Below are positions 29,392 through 38,796 of a DNA stretch of 64,000 nt, one piece after another (the stretch's first letter is position 1; each line of letters begins with the position of its first letter). Source of the DNA: Candidatus Eiseniibacteriota bacterium (GTDB lineage Bacteria; Eisenbacteria; RBG-16-71-46; JASEGR01). The stretch covers positions 13,761 through 77,760 of the forward strand of contig JASEGR010000001.1 of the NCBI GenBank assembly GCA_030017955.1, in the 5' to 3' direction. The position numbers and the translations under genes are program-made. Below the pieces are notes generated by a model, which was not told where the DNA came from, did not search any database, and saw nothing but the letters and a program-made list of their open reading frames with translations.

Positions 29392-29757
29392 CTAACTGGC
29401 CTGCTTGCGAACCGGGCTCCACGACTCTTGATTCCGGCTCTTGCCTCCGGATTCAACAACCGCGTGGCCGCCATTCGGATCGATCAGGCTCAGCAGATCC
29501 TTTGAGTACTGGTTGAGGCCGGAGAAGCGAAAGAATGTATCCCCATTCGAGAGCCCTTTGAGCCCCCGTACAAGATGCGAAAGCCCCTTGTAGTCGGGAG
29601 AGACGACCTTCTCAAGGTCAACGACGAACGACTTTTTTCCACCAAGTGAGAGATTCCTGATTGCGAGAAGAATCGCTTCAGCTTCTTCCGTATCAACGGA
29701 CCCCGAAGGCCCAATCACGTATGTCCCGTTCCTCTGTTTCAGCCGAATCACTCCCAC
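29392..29757 (-). CDS. Small STAS-domain-like protein (anti-sigma-factor-antagonist fold) with the phospho-Ser position substituted
   Basis: 121 aa. By eye, VVDLEKVVSPDYKGLSHLVRGLKGL aligns to SpoIIAA [25 protein letters not shown], with DSSG replaced by SPDY. It is inserted between mraZ and rsmH. Confidence 0.4.
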   Translation of the reverse strand: MGVIRLKQRNGTYVIGPSGSVDTEEAEAILLAIRNLSLGGKKSFVVDLEKVVSPDYKGLSHLVRGLKGLSNGDTFFRFSGLNQYSKDLLSLIDPNGGHAVVESGGKSRNQESWSPVRKQAS

Positions 29758-29819
29758 TTTCTACCTCGCATTCGCTCAATAGTTAACGAAGGCGCGCAGG
29801 AAAATCACGTCTTCATTTC

Positions 29820-30260
29820 TCAGAAAAGCAAATCCTCCGCAGTCTCCTCGTAGCTCTGCCCGGATCGTGCGAAGTATTGCTCAAACAGTTTTGGATTCCA
29901 GAGCTCAATCCTGTCGAGAATGCCAAAGACCACAACGTCCTTCGAAATCTTCGCCTGCTTGACGAGCGCCGGCGGAAGAGCTATCCTTCCCTGCGAATCC
30001 AGTGTGGCATCGGCAGAGTCAAGGTGCATGATTCTCTGGAATTTCCTCGAATTCTCCTTTGAGACTGGAAGAGATCTGAGCTTGGCTTCAATCTTCACCC
30101 ACTCATCGAGCGGATAGAGTGAGATGCATCCGTCCAGACCTCTTATGATCACGAATGTATTCTGGGCATCAGGCGAGAGTGCCCTTCGAAACTTACTGGG
30201 AATGTTGAGTCTTCCCTTGTGGTCAAGAACGTTGAGATATCTTCCGCGAAACGTCGCCAT
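29820..30260 (-). CDS. mraZ: Transcriptional regulator MraZ
   Basis: 146 aa. Duplicated MraZ halves (LDHKGRLNIPSKFR... and LDSQGRIALPPALVKQA...). Confidence 0.92.
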   Translation of the reverse strand: MATFRGRYLNVLDHKGRLNIPSKFRRALSPDAQNTFVIIRGLDGCISLYPLDEWVKIEAKLRSLPVSKENSRKFQRIMHLDSADATLDSQGRIALPPALVKQAKISKDVVVFGILDRIELWNPKLFEQYFARSGQSYEETAEDLLF

Positions 30261-30282
30261 AGGTTATCGGCCTCACGTATTC

Positions 30283-30308
30283 CACCACCTTGACCCACTA
30301 CGCACCAC
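30283..30308 (-). promoter_or_regulatory. Candidate MraZ operator: three GTGGN direct repeats with 10-bp periodicity just upstream of mraZ
   Basis: On the minus strand the sequence reads GTGGTgcgtaGTGGGtcaagGTGGTGG, 23-48 bp upstream of the mraZ start. E. coli MraZ is known to bind GTGGG repeats separated by 5-nt spacers. Confidence 0.45.
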
Positions 30309-30451
30309 ATCGGTATACTATTAATCACCTGTATCCCTGTCAAGAGAAAAGTTCGTGTGTGGATAAAAAATCTGAGCTGCTACGGAGTTTGACTACAGGT
30401 TGTGGTTAATGGCAGGAAATCGGCTTCATAAGGGGGAGCAAGAAGGAGAGC

Positions 30452-32422
30452 TTAATCGCCTGCTGGAAGTTCTGCCACGGCAACCGATTCTTCTCTCTCA
30501 CGGAATGCCTGTTCCATGAGCACCGACACTTCGGAAAGGCGGAATGGCTTCGGCAGCACAAAATCAATGCCTCTGCCTTTGAGGCCGGCATTCTCGATCT
30601 CAACACCCCACCCGGTCATTAAACAGACTACAACGTTCCTGGAGATCTCTTTTGCCTTCTTTGCGACATCCCAACCGTTCATGGGAGACATCCCCAGGTC
30701 GGTGAATACCATGTCGAACTGTTGGCTGGCGAGAAGCGAGATCGCTTCTTCCCCGGAAGATACTTCAGCCACCGTGCATCCCGCCTCCACAAGCATCTCC
30801 CCCAGGACCTTCTGAACGTTCTCTTCATCGTCAACCACAAGCACTTTCAAGTTTGACGGAATTGCCGTGTCGCTGCAGGAGGCCTTCGGCGTCGCGATTT
30901 CCTCACTGGCAACCGGAATTCTGACCGTCACCGTGGTGCCGACCCCCAGTTCGCTGGCGACCAGAATCTCTCCTCCGTGCCTTCCGACTATTCCGTAGGC
31001 CACGCTCATCCCCAGACCTGTTCCCCTGACGCCTTTTGTCGTGAAGAATGGATCGAAGATTCTTCGTTTTTCCTCGGGGCTCATTCCCAATCCTGTGTCT
31101 CTGAGGAAAACGTGCACCCAGTTTGCCTTGGGCTCAGTGCCAATTTCAATTTCTCCACCCTCCGGCATCGCATCAAGGGAATTGACCAGCATATTGGTGA
31201 GAACTTCCCTCAGCTCGGATGCGTCACCCATGACGGGACTCACTCTGCCAAACGATCTGGTTATTCTGTATGTCACGCCCTTCAATTCGGCTTCGTTTTG
31301 CCACCTCGGCCTTGTGAATGAGAGCACGTCCTCGGCGATCTCATTCATGTCGATCCTCTCGAAATTTCTGTCGGTCCTGGTTCGTGTGAAGTCCTGGAGT
31401 CTTCTCACCACGGCTGCGCCGTCTGTGGCGGCTTTCTCTATCACATCCAGGTTTTTGAGCGTCTTCTCATCCTTCGCATTCCTCTTCATTAGCTGTGCTC
31501 TTCCCAGAATGGCCGTAAGAATGTTGTTGAAGTCATGGGCAACTCCGGAAGCCATCTCACCCAGTGCCCTCAGTTTCTCCATGTTCACGAGCTTCTCCTG
31601 GGTCTCCTGAAGATTGCTGTACGAGCTCTTGAGTTCCTGCTCCCTATTTCCCAGCGTTTCCGCCATCTGTCTGAAACTCCGGGAGAGGACACCTATTTCA
31701 TCGGTCTGTGACTCAAGGGGCTCGTGCTGTGACTCTCCATTCTCAAGTGCCTTGACAGCGCGAACAAGCCTGCCTACTGGCTTCGTTACAGTCGAAGACA
31801 GAACAAGAAAACAGACCAGACTTGTGATGAAGGCGACTATCAGCATTTGAACAGAAAACCTGATGGCATCGAGTCCGGCTTCCCGGTGAATGGCGCTGGT
31901 TGAAAGTGACAGTAGGAGTTTTGCTTTGGAACCCTTGGAGCTGCTCTTTCCAATGTCTATTGTTGATCCAACCCAGTAGCGTGAGAATCCGACAGAGACT
32001 CCCTGCTTCATTTGAGCATGCCCGGTTACGACCTCTTGAGCCCTTACAATTCCGTCATTCTCCCATCCCCTGGCAACGATTTCCGGAATTGTCCTCCCGA
32101 TGTACTTCGTCCTTCCGGCAAGAAGAACTTCTCCTGCATCGTTGACCACTACTATTCCCCTTACCATCCTGACTGCACAGAGATTGCCCACTATCCTCTG
32201 TGCGACTGCCCGATCTCCCTTTGACAGAAGTCTTTCCAGGCTGGCTGAAAGACTTTCGACTATTGAAGCTCCCTGTATGTGCAGACTCTCCATTGCCTGC
32301 CGGTGGTGGTTCTTGTACTCCATGTATGAAGTCACGATCGCCCCGGCAAAAACAATGGAAAAGACTGCGACGGCAATCTTCAGAGGGAGAGGTCTTCTTA
32401 TTTTGTCAGGCTCTCTACCCAA
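30452..32422 (-). CDS. Hybrid sensor histidine kinase (TM sensor, HAMP, HisKA, HATPase, C-terminal receiver)
   Basis: 656 aa. H-box VAHDFNNILTAILG; G-boxes GTGLGMS; C-terminal receiver domain KVLVVDDEENV...FDMVFTDLGMSPMNGW. Confidence 0.88.
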   Translation of the reverse strand: MGREPDKIRRPLPLKIAVAVFSIVFAGAIVTSYMEYKNHHRQAMESLHIQGASIVESLSASLERLLSKGDRAVAQRIVGNLCAVRMVRGIVVVNDAGEVLLAGRTKYIGRTIPEIVARGWENDGIVRAQEVVTGHAQMKQGVSVGFSRYWVGSTIDIGKSSSKGSKAKLLLSLSTSAIHREAGLDAIRFSVQMLIVAFITSLVCFLVLSSTVTKPVGRLVRAVKALENGESQHEPLESQTDEIGVLSRSFRQMAETLGNREQELKSSYSNLQETQEKLVNMEKLRALGEMASGVAHDFNNILTAILGRAQLMKRNAKDEKTLKNLDVIEKAATDGAAVVRRLQDFTRTRTDRNFERIDMNEIAEDVLSFTRPRWQNEAELKGVTYRITRSFGRVSPVMGDASELREVLTNMLVNSLDAMPEGGEIEIGTEPKANWVHVFLRDTGLGMSPEEKRRIFDPFFTTKGVRGTGLGMSVAYGIVGRHGGEILVASELGVGTTVTVRIPVASEEIATPKASCSDTAIPSNLKVLVVDDEENVQKVLGEMLVEAGCTVAEVSSGEEAISLLASQQFDMVFTDLGMSPMNGWDVAKKAKEISRNVVVCLMTGWGVEIENAGLKGRGIDFVLPKPFRLSEVSVLMEQAFREREESVAVAELPAGD

Positions 32423-33396
32423 AGAACTCCCTTCGTAAGAAGATCCAGAAGCGGTTTTCTGTCAAGAATCATGTTTGAACTGACTCGCTTGTCGGTCATC
32501 CCGATTGAATAGAGAGTCTGTGACACGTGATCGGCAGTCTCGTAGAGCGGGCCGGGCATGTTTTCCATTCCGAACGCCGCAAGATTCAATCTCAAATCAA
32601 GAACATTCACTCCGTTCAATCCGACCGAAAATTCCTCCGGTTTCACATTCATGCACTCTGCCATTATCAGAGACGCTTCTGCAGGATGTTTCCTCCAATA
32701 TGAGAGCGCCCTCAGCCATGCTTTGAGAATGGCAGGCACAACGTTCGGATTCTTTTCAGTCACATCTTGTCTAAAGCAGATGACGTCAACGATTTCCCAG
32801 GGAATTTCCCGTGATGTGAACAGGAGAGTTCCTCGTCCTTTGGCCATCCTCGAAAGAAATGGCTCCCACGTTACCGCAGCATCGAGAGTGCCGTCGTTGA
32901 ACATTTTCTCAGCTTCCGGAGGAGAAATATCAACGAGTTCAAGCTCGCTCGCCTGCACCCCGCTCTTCTCAAGCGCTCTGGTCAGTGTAAAGTGCCCGAG
33001 AGAAGCGTTCTCCAGTCCCACTCTCTTTCCCCTGAGGTCTTTCAAGGAAGTGATGCCGCTCCGGGCCACAATTCCGGCCCCCCCGTAAGAATAGTCAATG
33101 ACAAACGGAATACTCACTCTCGTTCCGCGGGAGGCAAGTATTTCTGCATCGACCATGGTGGTGAGGGAAACATCTACGTTCCCTTTTTCAAGCGCAACAC
33201 GCGAATCGTGGGGCGACAAGAACTCTATGATCTCAACATCTATTCCCTCATCCTTGAAGAACCCCTTTTCTTCTACCAGAAAGAGGAGGGAATACGCGGG
33301 CCTGATATCCAGCCCTATCCTGATAGGCTCTCTCAGGGCAGGCTGACATGAAAAAGCAGATAACAACAGAGAAAGGATAACCAGTGTTTTGCGCAC
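32398..33396 (-). CDS. Periplasmic substrate-binding lipoprotein (NMT1/SsuA/TauA-like ABC SBP fold)
   Basis: 332 aa. Lipoprotein signal LLLSAFSC. Its 3' end overlaps the HK start by 25 bp. No cognate permease or ATPase is nearby. Confidence 0.6.
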   Translation of the reverse strand: MRKTLVILSLLLSAFSCQPALREPIRIGLDIRPAYSLLFLVEEKGFFKDEGIDVEIIEFLSPHDSRVALEKGNVDVSLTTMVDAEILASRGTRVSIPFVIDYSYGGAGIVARSGITSLKDLRGKRVGLENASLGHFTLTRALEKSGVQASELELVDISPPEAEKMFNDGTLDAAVTWEPFLSRMAKGRGTLLFTSREIPWEIVDVICFRQDVTEKNPNVVPAILKAWLRALSYWRKHPAEASLIMAECMNVKPEEFSVGLNGVNVLDLRLNLAAFGMENMPGPLYETADHVSQTLYSIGMTDKRVSSNMILDRKPLLDLLTKGVLWVESLTK

Positions 33397-33469
33397 AGAA
33401 ATCCCTTTCTAAGGCATTATAGCCTTCTGGGATATTAGTATCGGCGATTCCGGGGGATTCTTGACCCTT

Positions 33470-34981
33470 CTATTCGTCCTTGAGCGTTTTCCAGTCTATC
33501 GAATAGAGGGTGTAGAAAACAGGAGTTGGCCTCGTTATTCCAAGTCCGGAAATTGAGCCTGTCATAACGGGCCGGAGGGACGCGCGCAGTCTTTCATCAT
33601 TCATCAGGCGTTCCTTTATCTGTGATCTGTCAACAAGATAGTCGGTTCTCTCGTATCTTCCGAAGCTCAGGTCCGACGCAACTTTTTCGACATCGAACTC
33701 TCTCTCTCTCAGAAGGTCCATCAGATGAGGTGAAACCAATGCTCCCAAATCAAGCACTCTTCTGTCGGAATAGTAGCCAATTGCGCCAACGTCAGTCACG
33801 GCAACGGTGGCAAGAGGAGGCGAATTCGATTTGAGCCACTTCCCAATCGGGATCAGGGATTCATTCATCCCTTTGGAGAAGTTCTTTGTATGGGGATAGG
33901 CCTCGAATCTCAGGATATAAAGGTTCACGGAGATTGCGAAAACCGCAAGGAGCGTTGCCCACAAGGCGGCTTTGCCGGCTTTTCCCCGAAACGAGTCATA
34001 GATGGATTCAAGTGAGAGAAATCCCAGAAGGGTCACCGCCGGCAGAACCGGGGCAAGATATCTGGAGAGCACTTCGACCCCCCGCAGAATGTAAAACGAA
34101 GGTAGAAGCGCAAGCCACAGTATGAGGATGAATCTCTCGTTGAGAAGCCGGGGCAACTTCTTCAGTCCTCCGGACGAGACGACCATGATGATGAACAAGA
34201 CGATTGCCAGGATCTCCGGCCCCTGAGTCGCAAGGATTATCTTGCCTGATCTCAGCGCGGCACCAAGTACCTCCGCACCGCTATGTGCGAATCTTCCTGC
34301 TTTGACAAGGGCCGTTGTCGGGATCACAGTGCCGAATGTTCTTTCCGCATAGATCAGCCAGGGCGAGAGAACAACAACATTCAAGACCAACGAAAACACA
34401 AAGCTCCTGAGCCTTCTTCCCTTCCAAGTGAGCCTGCCGGCCAGCATGAGAACAGCGAGGAGAGCCCCTTCCGGCCGGGAAAGAGCAGAGAGTGCGGAGA
34501 AGATAGGAGAGACTCCGAAACTTGTTCCTCTCAGCTTTTCCCTCTCGTGCAAGAAAATGGAAAGAAGGACAGTAAACACGACAAGCGAGGTTTCCATTCC
34601 CGAGAGGGACCACCTCACGACCCACGCGTCGAACGTGAAAGCGAATACTGCGCCGATGACGAATTCTTTTCTCTTCAATGACAGCGATGCAAGGCGGAAG
34701 AAGACAAAAATCGAGCCAAGGGAGAAGATGAAACCGAGAATCTTGCTCACCGCGGGAAGGTCCTGGGTCGCGCTGCCAAACAAGGCAACCAGAAAGACCC
34801 AGAGGGGGCTGGTGGCGCCAAGAACGGCCTCGCCCGTGTTGAAGCACAATCCGTAGCCGTTCTTCAGATTCTTCGCATACTGAAGGTGTATGAACGTGTC
34901 GTCTGTGATATAGCCGAGGAACGGAATCTCCACCAGAACGAAAAGGAGCAAGATTGACAGCCACAGCGTTCTATTCTTCAT
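33470..34981 (-). CDS. GT-C-fold membrane glycosyltransferase-like protein (ArnT/PMT-like)
   Basis: 503 aa with about 11 TM helices, an N-terminal loop DDTFIHLQYA, and a C-terminal soluble domain. Confidence 0.45.
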   Translation of the reverse strand: MKNRTLWLSILLLFVLVEIPFLGYITDDTFIHLQYAKNLKNGYGLCFNTGEAVLGATSPLWVFLVALFGSATQDLPAVSKILGFIFSLGSIFVFFRLASLSLKRKEFVIGAVFAFTFDAWVVRWSLSGMETSLVVFTVLLSIFLHEREKLRGTSFGVSPIFSALSALSRPEGALLAVLMLAGRLTWKGRRLRSFVFSLVLNVVVLSPWLIYAERTFGTVIPTTALVKAGRFAHSGAEVLGAALRSGKIILATQGPEILAIVLFIIMVVSSGGLKKLPRLLNERFILILWLALLPSFYILRGVEVLSRYLAPVLPAVTLLGFLSLESIYDSFRGKAGKAALWATLLAVFAISVNLYILRFEAYPHTKNFSKGMNESLIPIGKWLKSNSPPLATVAVTDVGAIGYYSDRRVLDLGALVSPHLMDLLREREFDVEKVASDLSFGRYERTDYLVDRSQIKERLMNDERLRASLRPVMTGSISGLGITRPTPVFYTLYSIDWKTLKDE

Positions 34982-35214
34982 TGTCGCTTACCTCTGTTGA
35001 GCCGCCGCTCTTCGAGATGTCCTTTCCCTCCTGCCGAGAATGTCGATCCTTCTCGGACTCGCTCACTCGAATTTGTGAACTCGGCCTACGGCCTCAGACA
35101 GCACAAATTCGCCCCTTCGGGTCACTCCCTCGTCCAAGAAGGGACTCCAGAGATTCTCGGAAAGTCGGTTCAAGGACATCTTTCCAACGTCGCGACCGGA
35201 CCAGAGTCTGGCTG

Positions 35215-36147
35215 CTATCGTTTCCACTTCAGGCCCCCTGCGTAGCAGTAGAACACCAGGAAGTCTATTAGCTTGAACGTGACCGGGCTTGCAGGCGTGC
35301 GTTCGGCAATGAAGCGCCCAGTCCGGAAGAAGGGCTTTCTCAGGAAGACTGAGAGCAGCAGCTTCCTCGCAATGTCGCCCCAACTATCCTCTCCTACTGC
35401 CGGGCACTCAAGAAGATTCAGTCTCAGCACCTTCCTGAGCTCGGGATGTTTGTCAATGAGGATTCTCAGGGACGATTTTCCGCACAGCACTTTTTTCTCA
35501 AGGAACTCATCAAGTGAGTGCCTGTGGATGTGGAAGGACTTGGCATTCTCCGCATAGACAAACTCTCCTCCCACCTTTCCCATCCGGTGCCCCAGGTCGA
35601 CGTCCTCAAAGCCATAGGTGACAAACTCCGGGTCAAAGAGTCCGACCGAAATGAGGAATTCCCTCTTCACAGACGAGTTGTTTGTCAGGAAATACCGTGG
35701 CGGGATGTTCTTCTTGTCCTTCACCTTCTTGACACCTCTGGTATCCAGGTATCTCGAAACCGAAGAGCCATTTGCCTCCGGCGCGGTTGACACATTTCCT
35801 ATTACGACCCTTTTCCGCGCGTCGCCCTGGGCAGTGACGTGAGCCTGAATGAAATCGGGTCCGACGATCATGTCATCGTCAAGAAATACGACTATCTCTC
35901 CAGTTGCACGGAGAATCCCGGTATTCCTCGATGGTGCCCTTCCTCTTGTCTCGGCATGTCTCTCAAATACCAGCGGAACCGGATGCGGACTCGCAAGAAT
36001 TTCGGAAGTGCCGTCCCGTGAACCGTCATCAACGACAACGATCTCAAACCGGGAGCCATCGAACCTCTGAGAGAAGAGTGCACCGAGTGTCCTGGAAAGA
36101 AGGTGCTTCTTATTGCACGTTGGAATGACGACGCTCACCTTTTTCAA
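35215..36147 (-). CDS. Glycosyltransferase family 2
   Basis: 310 aa. VSVVIPTCNKKHLL...EIVVVDDGSRDGT. Confidence 0.85.
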   Translation of the reverse strand: MKKVSVVIPTCNKKHLLSRTLGALFSQRFDGSRFEIVVVDDGSRDGTSEILASPHPVPLVFERHAETRGRAPSRNTGILRATGEIVVFLDDDMIVGPDFIQAHVTAQGDARKRVVIGNVSTAPEANGSSVSRYLDTRGVKKVKDKKNIPPRYFLTNNSSVKREFLISVGLFDPEFVTYGFEDVDLGHRMGKVGGEFVYAENAKSFHIHRHSLDEFLEKKVLCGKSSLRILIDKHPELRKVLRLNLLECPAVGEDSWGDIARKLLLSVFLRKPFFRTGRFIAERTPASPVTFKLIDFLVFYCYAGGLKWKR

Positions 36148-36153
36148 AGAGAT

Positions 36154-37242
36154 TCACCTTCCCGCTGCAAATCGTTTGTAGATCTGGTCCATCTTCTCCA
36201 TGTTCTTCCTGTGATCTGCACGGCTGGACACAATCTCACGGGATACTTTGCCAAACTCTTTTCTCTTATCCGGATTCTTGAGGAGATAGAGAAGCGCGCC
36301 GACCAACTCCTCCCTGCTCCCGGGTTCCACGACCATCCCGTTTTTCCCGTTTTCTATCCACTCAAGACTTGATTTCAGGCTGCTCACAACGATTGCGGCA
36401 CCACAGGCCATCGCCTCAAGAAGCGAGACTGCAGTTGCATCCACCGAAGGGACAGTGACGAAGACATCCGAGGCCCTGACGAGGCCTGGAAGTTTCTCAT
36501 GAGCCACCCTTCCCAGAAAAATCGTGGAAGAGGAAATACCAAGTTTTCTCGCTTTGTCAACAAATCGTGAATCATCGCCTTCATAGCCGGTGAAAATATA
36601 CTTTGCATTCGGAAAGCTCTTCAAGATATCCGGGATGGAATCAACGATGACATCAATGTTGTAGTAGTCTTTCGTGAAGCTCCTCGTACTGAGAATGACC
36701 GGCTCATCCTCTTTGATCCCGAGTTCCCGTCGCGTATCTGTCGCAACAGTCGGATCGAACCTGCTCAGGTCAACACCCCACTGGATAACTGTCGCGTTAT
36801 CTCGTTTCGCACCCATGCGGATGGCTTCCTCAACTATGTCTGCCGAGTCGCCAGTCACGAAATCTGCCTTCCCGAGAGCATATCTGGCCAGAAACCCTTT
36901 CAGAGCAGACTCCCTCGGAGTCAGGTAAACGTCATCGCCCCAGACCGTCAGAATGAACGGATGGAAGTTCGAAAACGCCCCCCAGTATCCGTAGCCGGTA
37001 AGGAAATGAGTATGCAATATGTCGGGGTTAAGCTTCGAGAGAATCTTCTTGATTCTTATGAGGCCGAAAGCGTATTTGATGGGTTTCGGGAGTGAGGAAA
37101 AACCTATCTGATGGACAGGAATTCCGTCCATCTTGCAGGGTTGTGAAGTTATCAGATGAACTTCATACCCTTTGTCCCGGAAAAAACAAAGCCATCGTTC
37201 GGTGTGTATATGATTCCCAATTGAGAGGTAAGCTATTTTCAC
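36154..37242 (-). CDS. Glycosyltransferase family 4 (GT-B)
   Basis: 362 aa. C-terminal EGFGLSLLEAMACGAAIVVS-type motif. Confidence 0.8.
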   Translation of the reverse strand: MKIAYLSIGNHIHTERWLCFFRDKGYEVHLITSQPCKMDGIPVHQIGFSSLPKPIKYAFGLIRIKKILSKLNPDILHTHFLTGYGYWGAFSNFHPFILTVWGDDVYLTPRESALKGFLARYALGKADFVTGDSADIVEEAIRMGAKRDNATVIQWGVDLSRFDPTVATDTRRELGIKEDEPVILSTRSFTKDYYNIDVIVDSIPDILKSFPNAKYIFTGYEGDDSRFVDKARKLGISSSTIFLGRVAHEKLPGLVRASDVFVTVPSVDATAVSLLEAMACGAAIVVSSLKSSLEWIENGKNGMVVEPGSREELVGALLYLLKNPDKRKEFGKVSREIVSSRADHRKNMEKMDQIYKRFAAGR

Positions 37243-37266
37243 GCTGTCTCCGCTCTGCCCCTTCCC

Positions 37267-38796
37267 TTATCTTCTCAGAACTCTCTTCGGCCAGTCGAGC
37301 AAAAACCTGATTGTTCCAACCAGTTTCCTGTTCGTCAGAAGCTCCTCAATCCTTCCTCTTTCCGCCTCGTCGAATATCCCGCCGAAGGCAACTCCCAGAT
37401 TGAAGATTATGAGAACCGGAAGCGTCACAGCAAACAAAACGAGAATGTTTGAAGGATGAAAGATTTCCGCAAGAACGGCTGAGCAAAGGAAAGCCGGCGC
37501 TGCAGACAGAACCAGCCGTCCAGGGCAAATATCGGCAAAACTGAACTCCAGGTAGACTCTCGCAAAACGGATATTGAGAAACAGGATACAGATGGATGCG
37601 AAAGCCTGCGAAATCATCATGCCCCACAATCCCAGTCTTCCGATCAGGAGAACTCCCGAGAAAAGGTATATCACGTACCAGGCAAGATCCGATCCTACGG
37701 AAAGGCCGATCCTGCCGGTGGCCCTCAGGGTGGTAGTCACCGAGGAATAGAGACAGGCAAGAGGCACGAGGAATGCCATGAACAGTAGAAGGGGCTCACT
37801 TCCCTGAAACTCTTTGCTGGTCACAAGGAGAACAAGAGCCCTGTTGCCCAGGACGACAAAGCAGAGGACCAGAAATCCCAGGAGAAACTCAATCTTCATC
37901 AGAAGCGTGAGGTCGGCCCTTATCTCACGGTTTCCCTTCTCCCATTTCCTTGTGATCTCTGGTGAGACCGCAAGGAGCGGAAGGAACAGAAGCTTCTTGA
38001 AGAAATACATTATCCTCGATGCCACGTGAAGAAGTGACACTGCCTGAAAGCTCATGAAGCCGCCGACCACCAGCCGGTCCGAGTTCTCCAAGCCGAGTCC
38101 GATGAAAGTCATGAGGCACGCACCTTTCCAGAAGCTGGAAACCTCTGACGCGGCGCCCAACATTGTTAGCTTTCTCTCGCCTTTCCGCCGGAAGAACAGG
38201 AGCCAGAGAGTTGCAAGTGAAACTATGACTACAATCGCCCCTATGGTGATGAAGACTTTGAAGAGAGCCATGACATCGAGCCGATTTCTGATCACAAAGA
38301 TCCACAGGGTGACAAGTCCTTGAAAAAGTATTTCGAAGACAAAAGGAAAGGTCATTCTCGATAGACCGTTGAATGCACCGTAGATGATGGCCCTCAAGAC
38401 TCCGAAAGCCACGTACGTTGAGGCGAGGAGTATTATCTTCAGACCGAGCGGGGACTCGTGGAAGAGCGAAGATAATCTTCCTCCGAAGGCAATCAATGGA
38501 ATGATCAGAACGACTGCCATGAAACTGGAGAGAATCAGGGAGAATCTGACAAGGTCTCTGGATTTCTCTCTCTCGCCTCTCGCCTCAAACAGAGGAATGA
38601 ATCTGAGTAGAACGAAAGGCAGCCCCAGCTCCATCAGGGCGCCGAAAATTGCGCCCGCCGCGACGCTGGAGGCATAGATGCCGAAACCTATCGGTCCGAG
38701 CCAGACGGCAATTATTTTCGCTTGAATGAGTGTGAAAAAGAGGGTTGAAAAGTGGGATGCAAAAAGGGCGAGAGTGTTTCCCGCAACTCTTTTCAT
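37267..38796 (-). CDS. Polysaccharide flippase (Wzx-like, MOP superfamily)
   Basis: 509 aa with about 12-14 TM helices; typical polysaccharide biosynthesis protein architecture. Confidence 0.65.
   Translation of the reverse strand: MKRVAGNTLALFASHFSTLFFTLIQAKIIAVWLGPIGFGIYASSVAAGAIFGALMELGLPFVLLRFIPLFEARGEREKSRDLVRFSLILSSFMAVVLIIPLIAFGGRLSSLFHESPLGLKIILLASTYVAFGVLRAIIYGAFNGLSRMTFPFVFEILFQGLVTLWIFVIRNRLDVMALFKVFITIGAIVVIVSLATLWLLFFRRKGERKLTMLGAASEVSSFWKGACLMTFIGLGLENSDRLVVGGFMSFQAVSLLHVASRIMYFFKKLLFLPLLAVSPEITRKWEKGNREIRADLTLLMKIEFLLGFLVLCFVVLGNRALVLLVTSKEFQGSEPLLLFMAFLVPLACLYSSVTTTLRATGRIGLSVGSDLAWYVIYLFSGVLLIGRLGLWGMMISQAFASICILFLNIRFARVYLEFSFADICPGRLVLSAAPAFLCSAVLAEIFHPSNILVLFAVTLPVLIIFNLGVAFGGIFDEAERGRIEELLTNRKLVGTIRFLLDWPKRVLRR

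Noticed and set aside
35063-35383. 106-aa ORF covering the GT-C / GT2 intergenic region
   Set aside because: It overlaps the 3' end of the GT2 gene out of frame and has no recognisable motifs. It is probably spurious, and the region is more likely a promoter.
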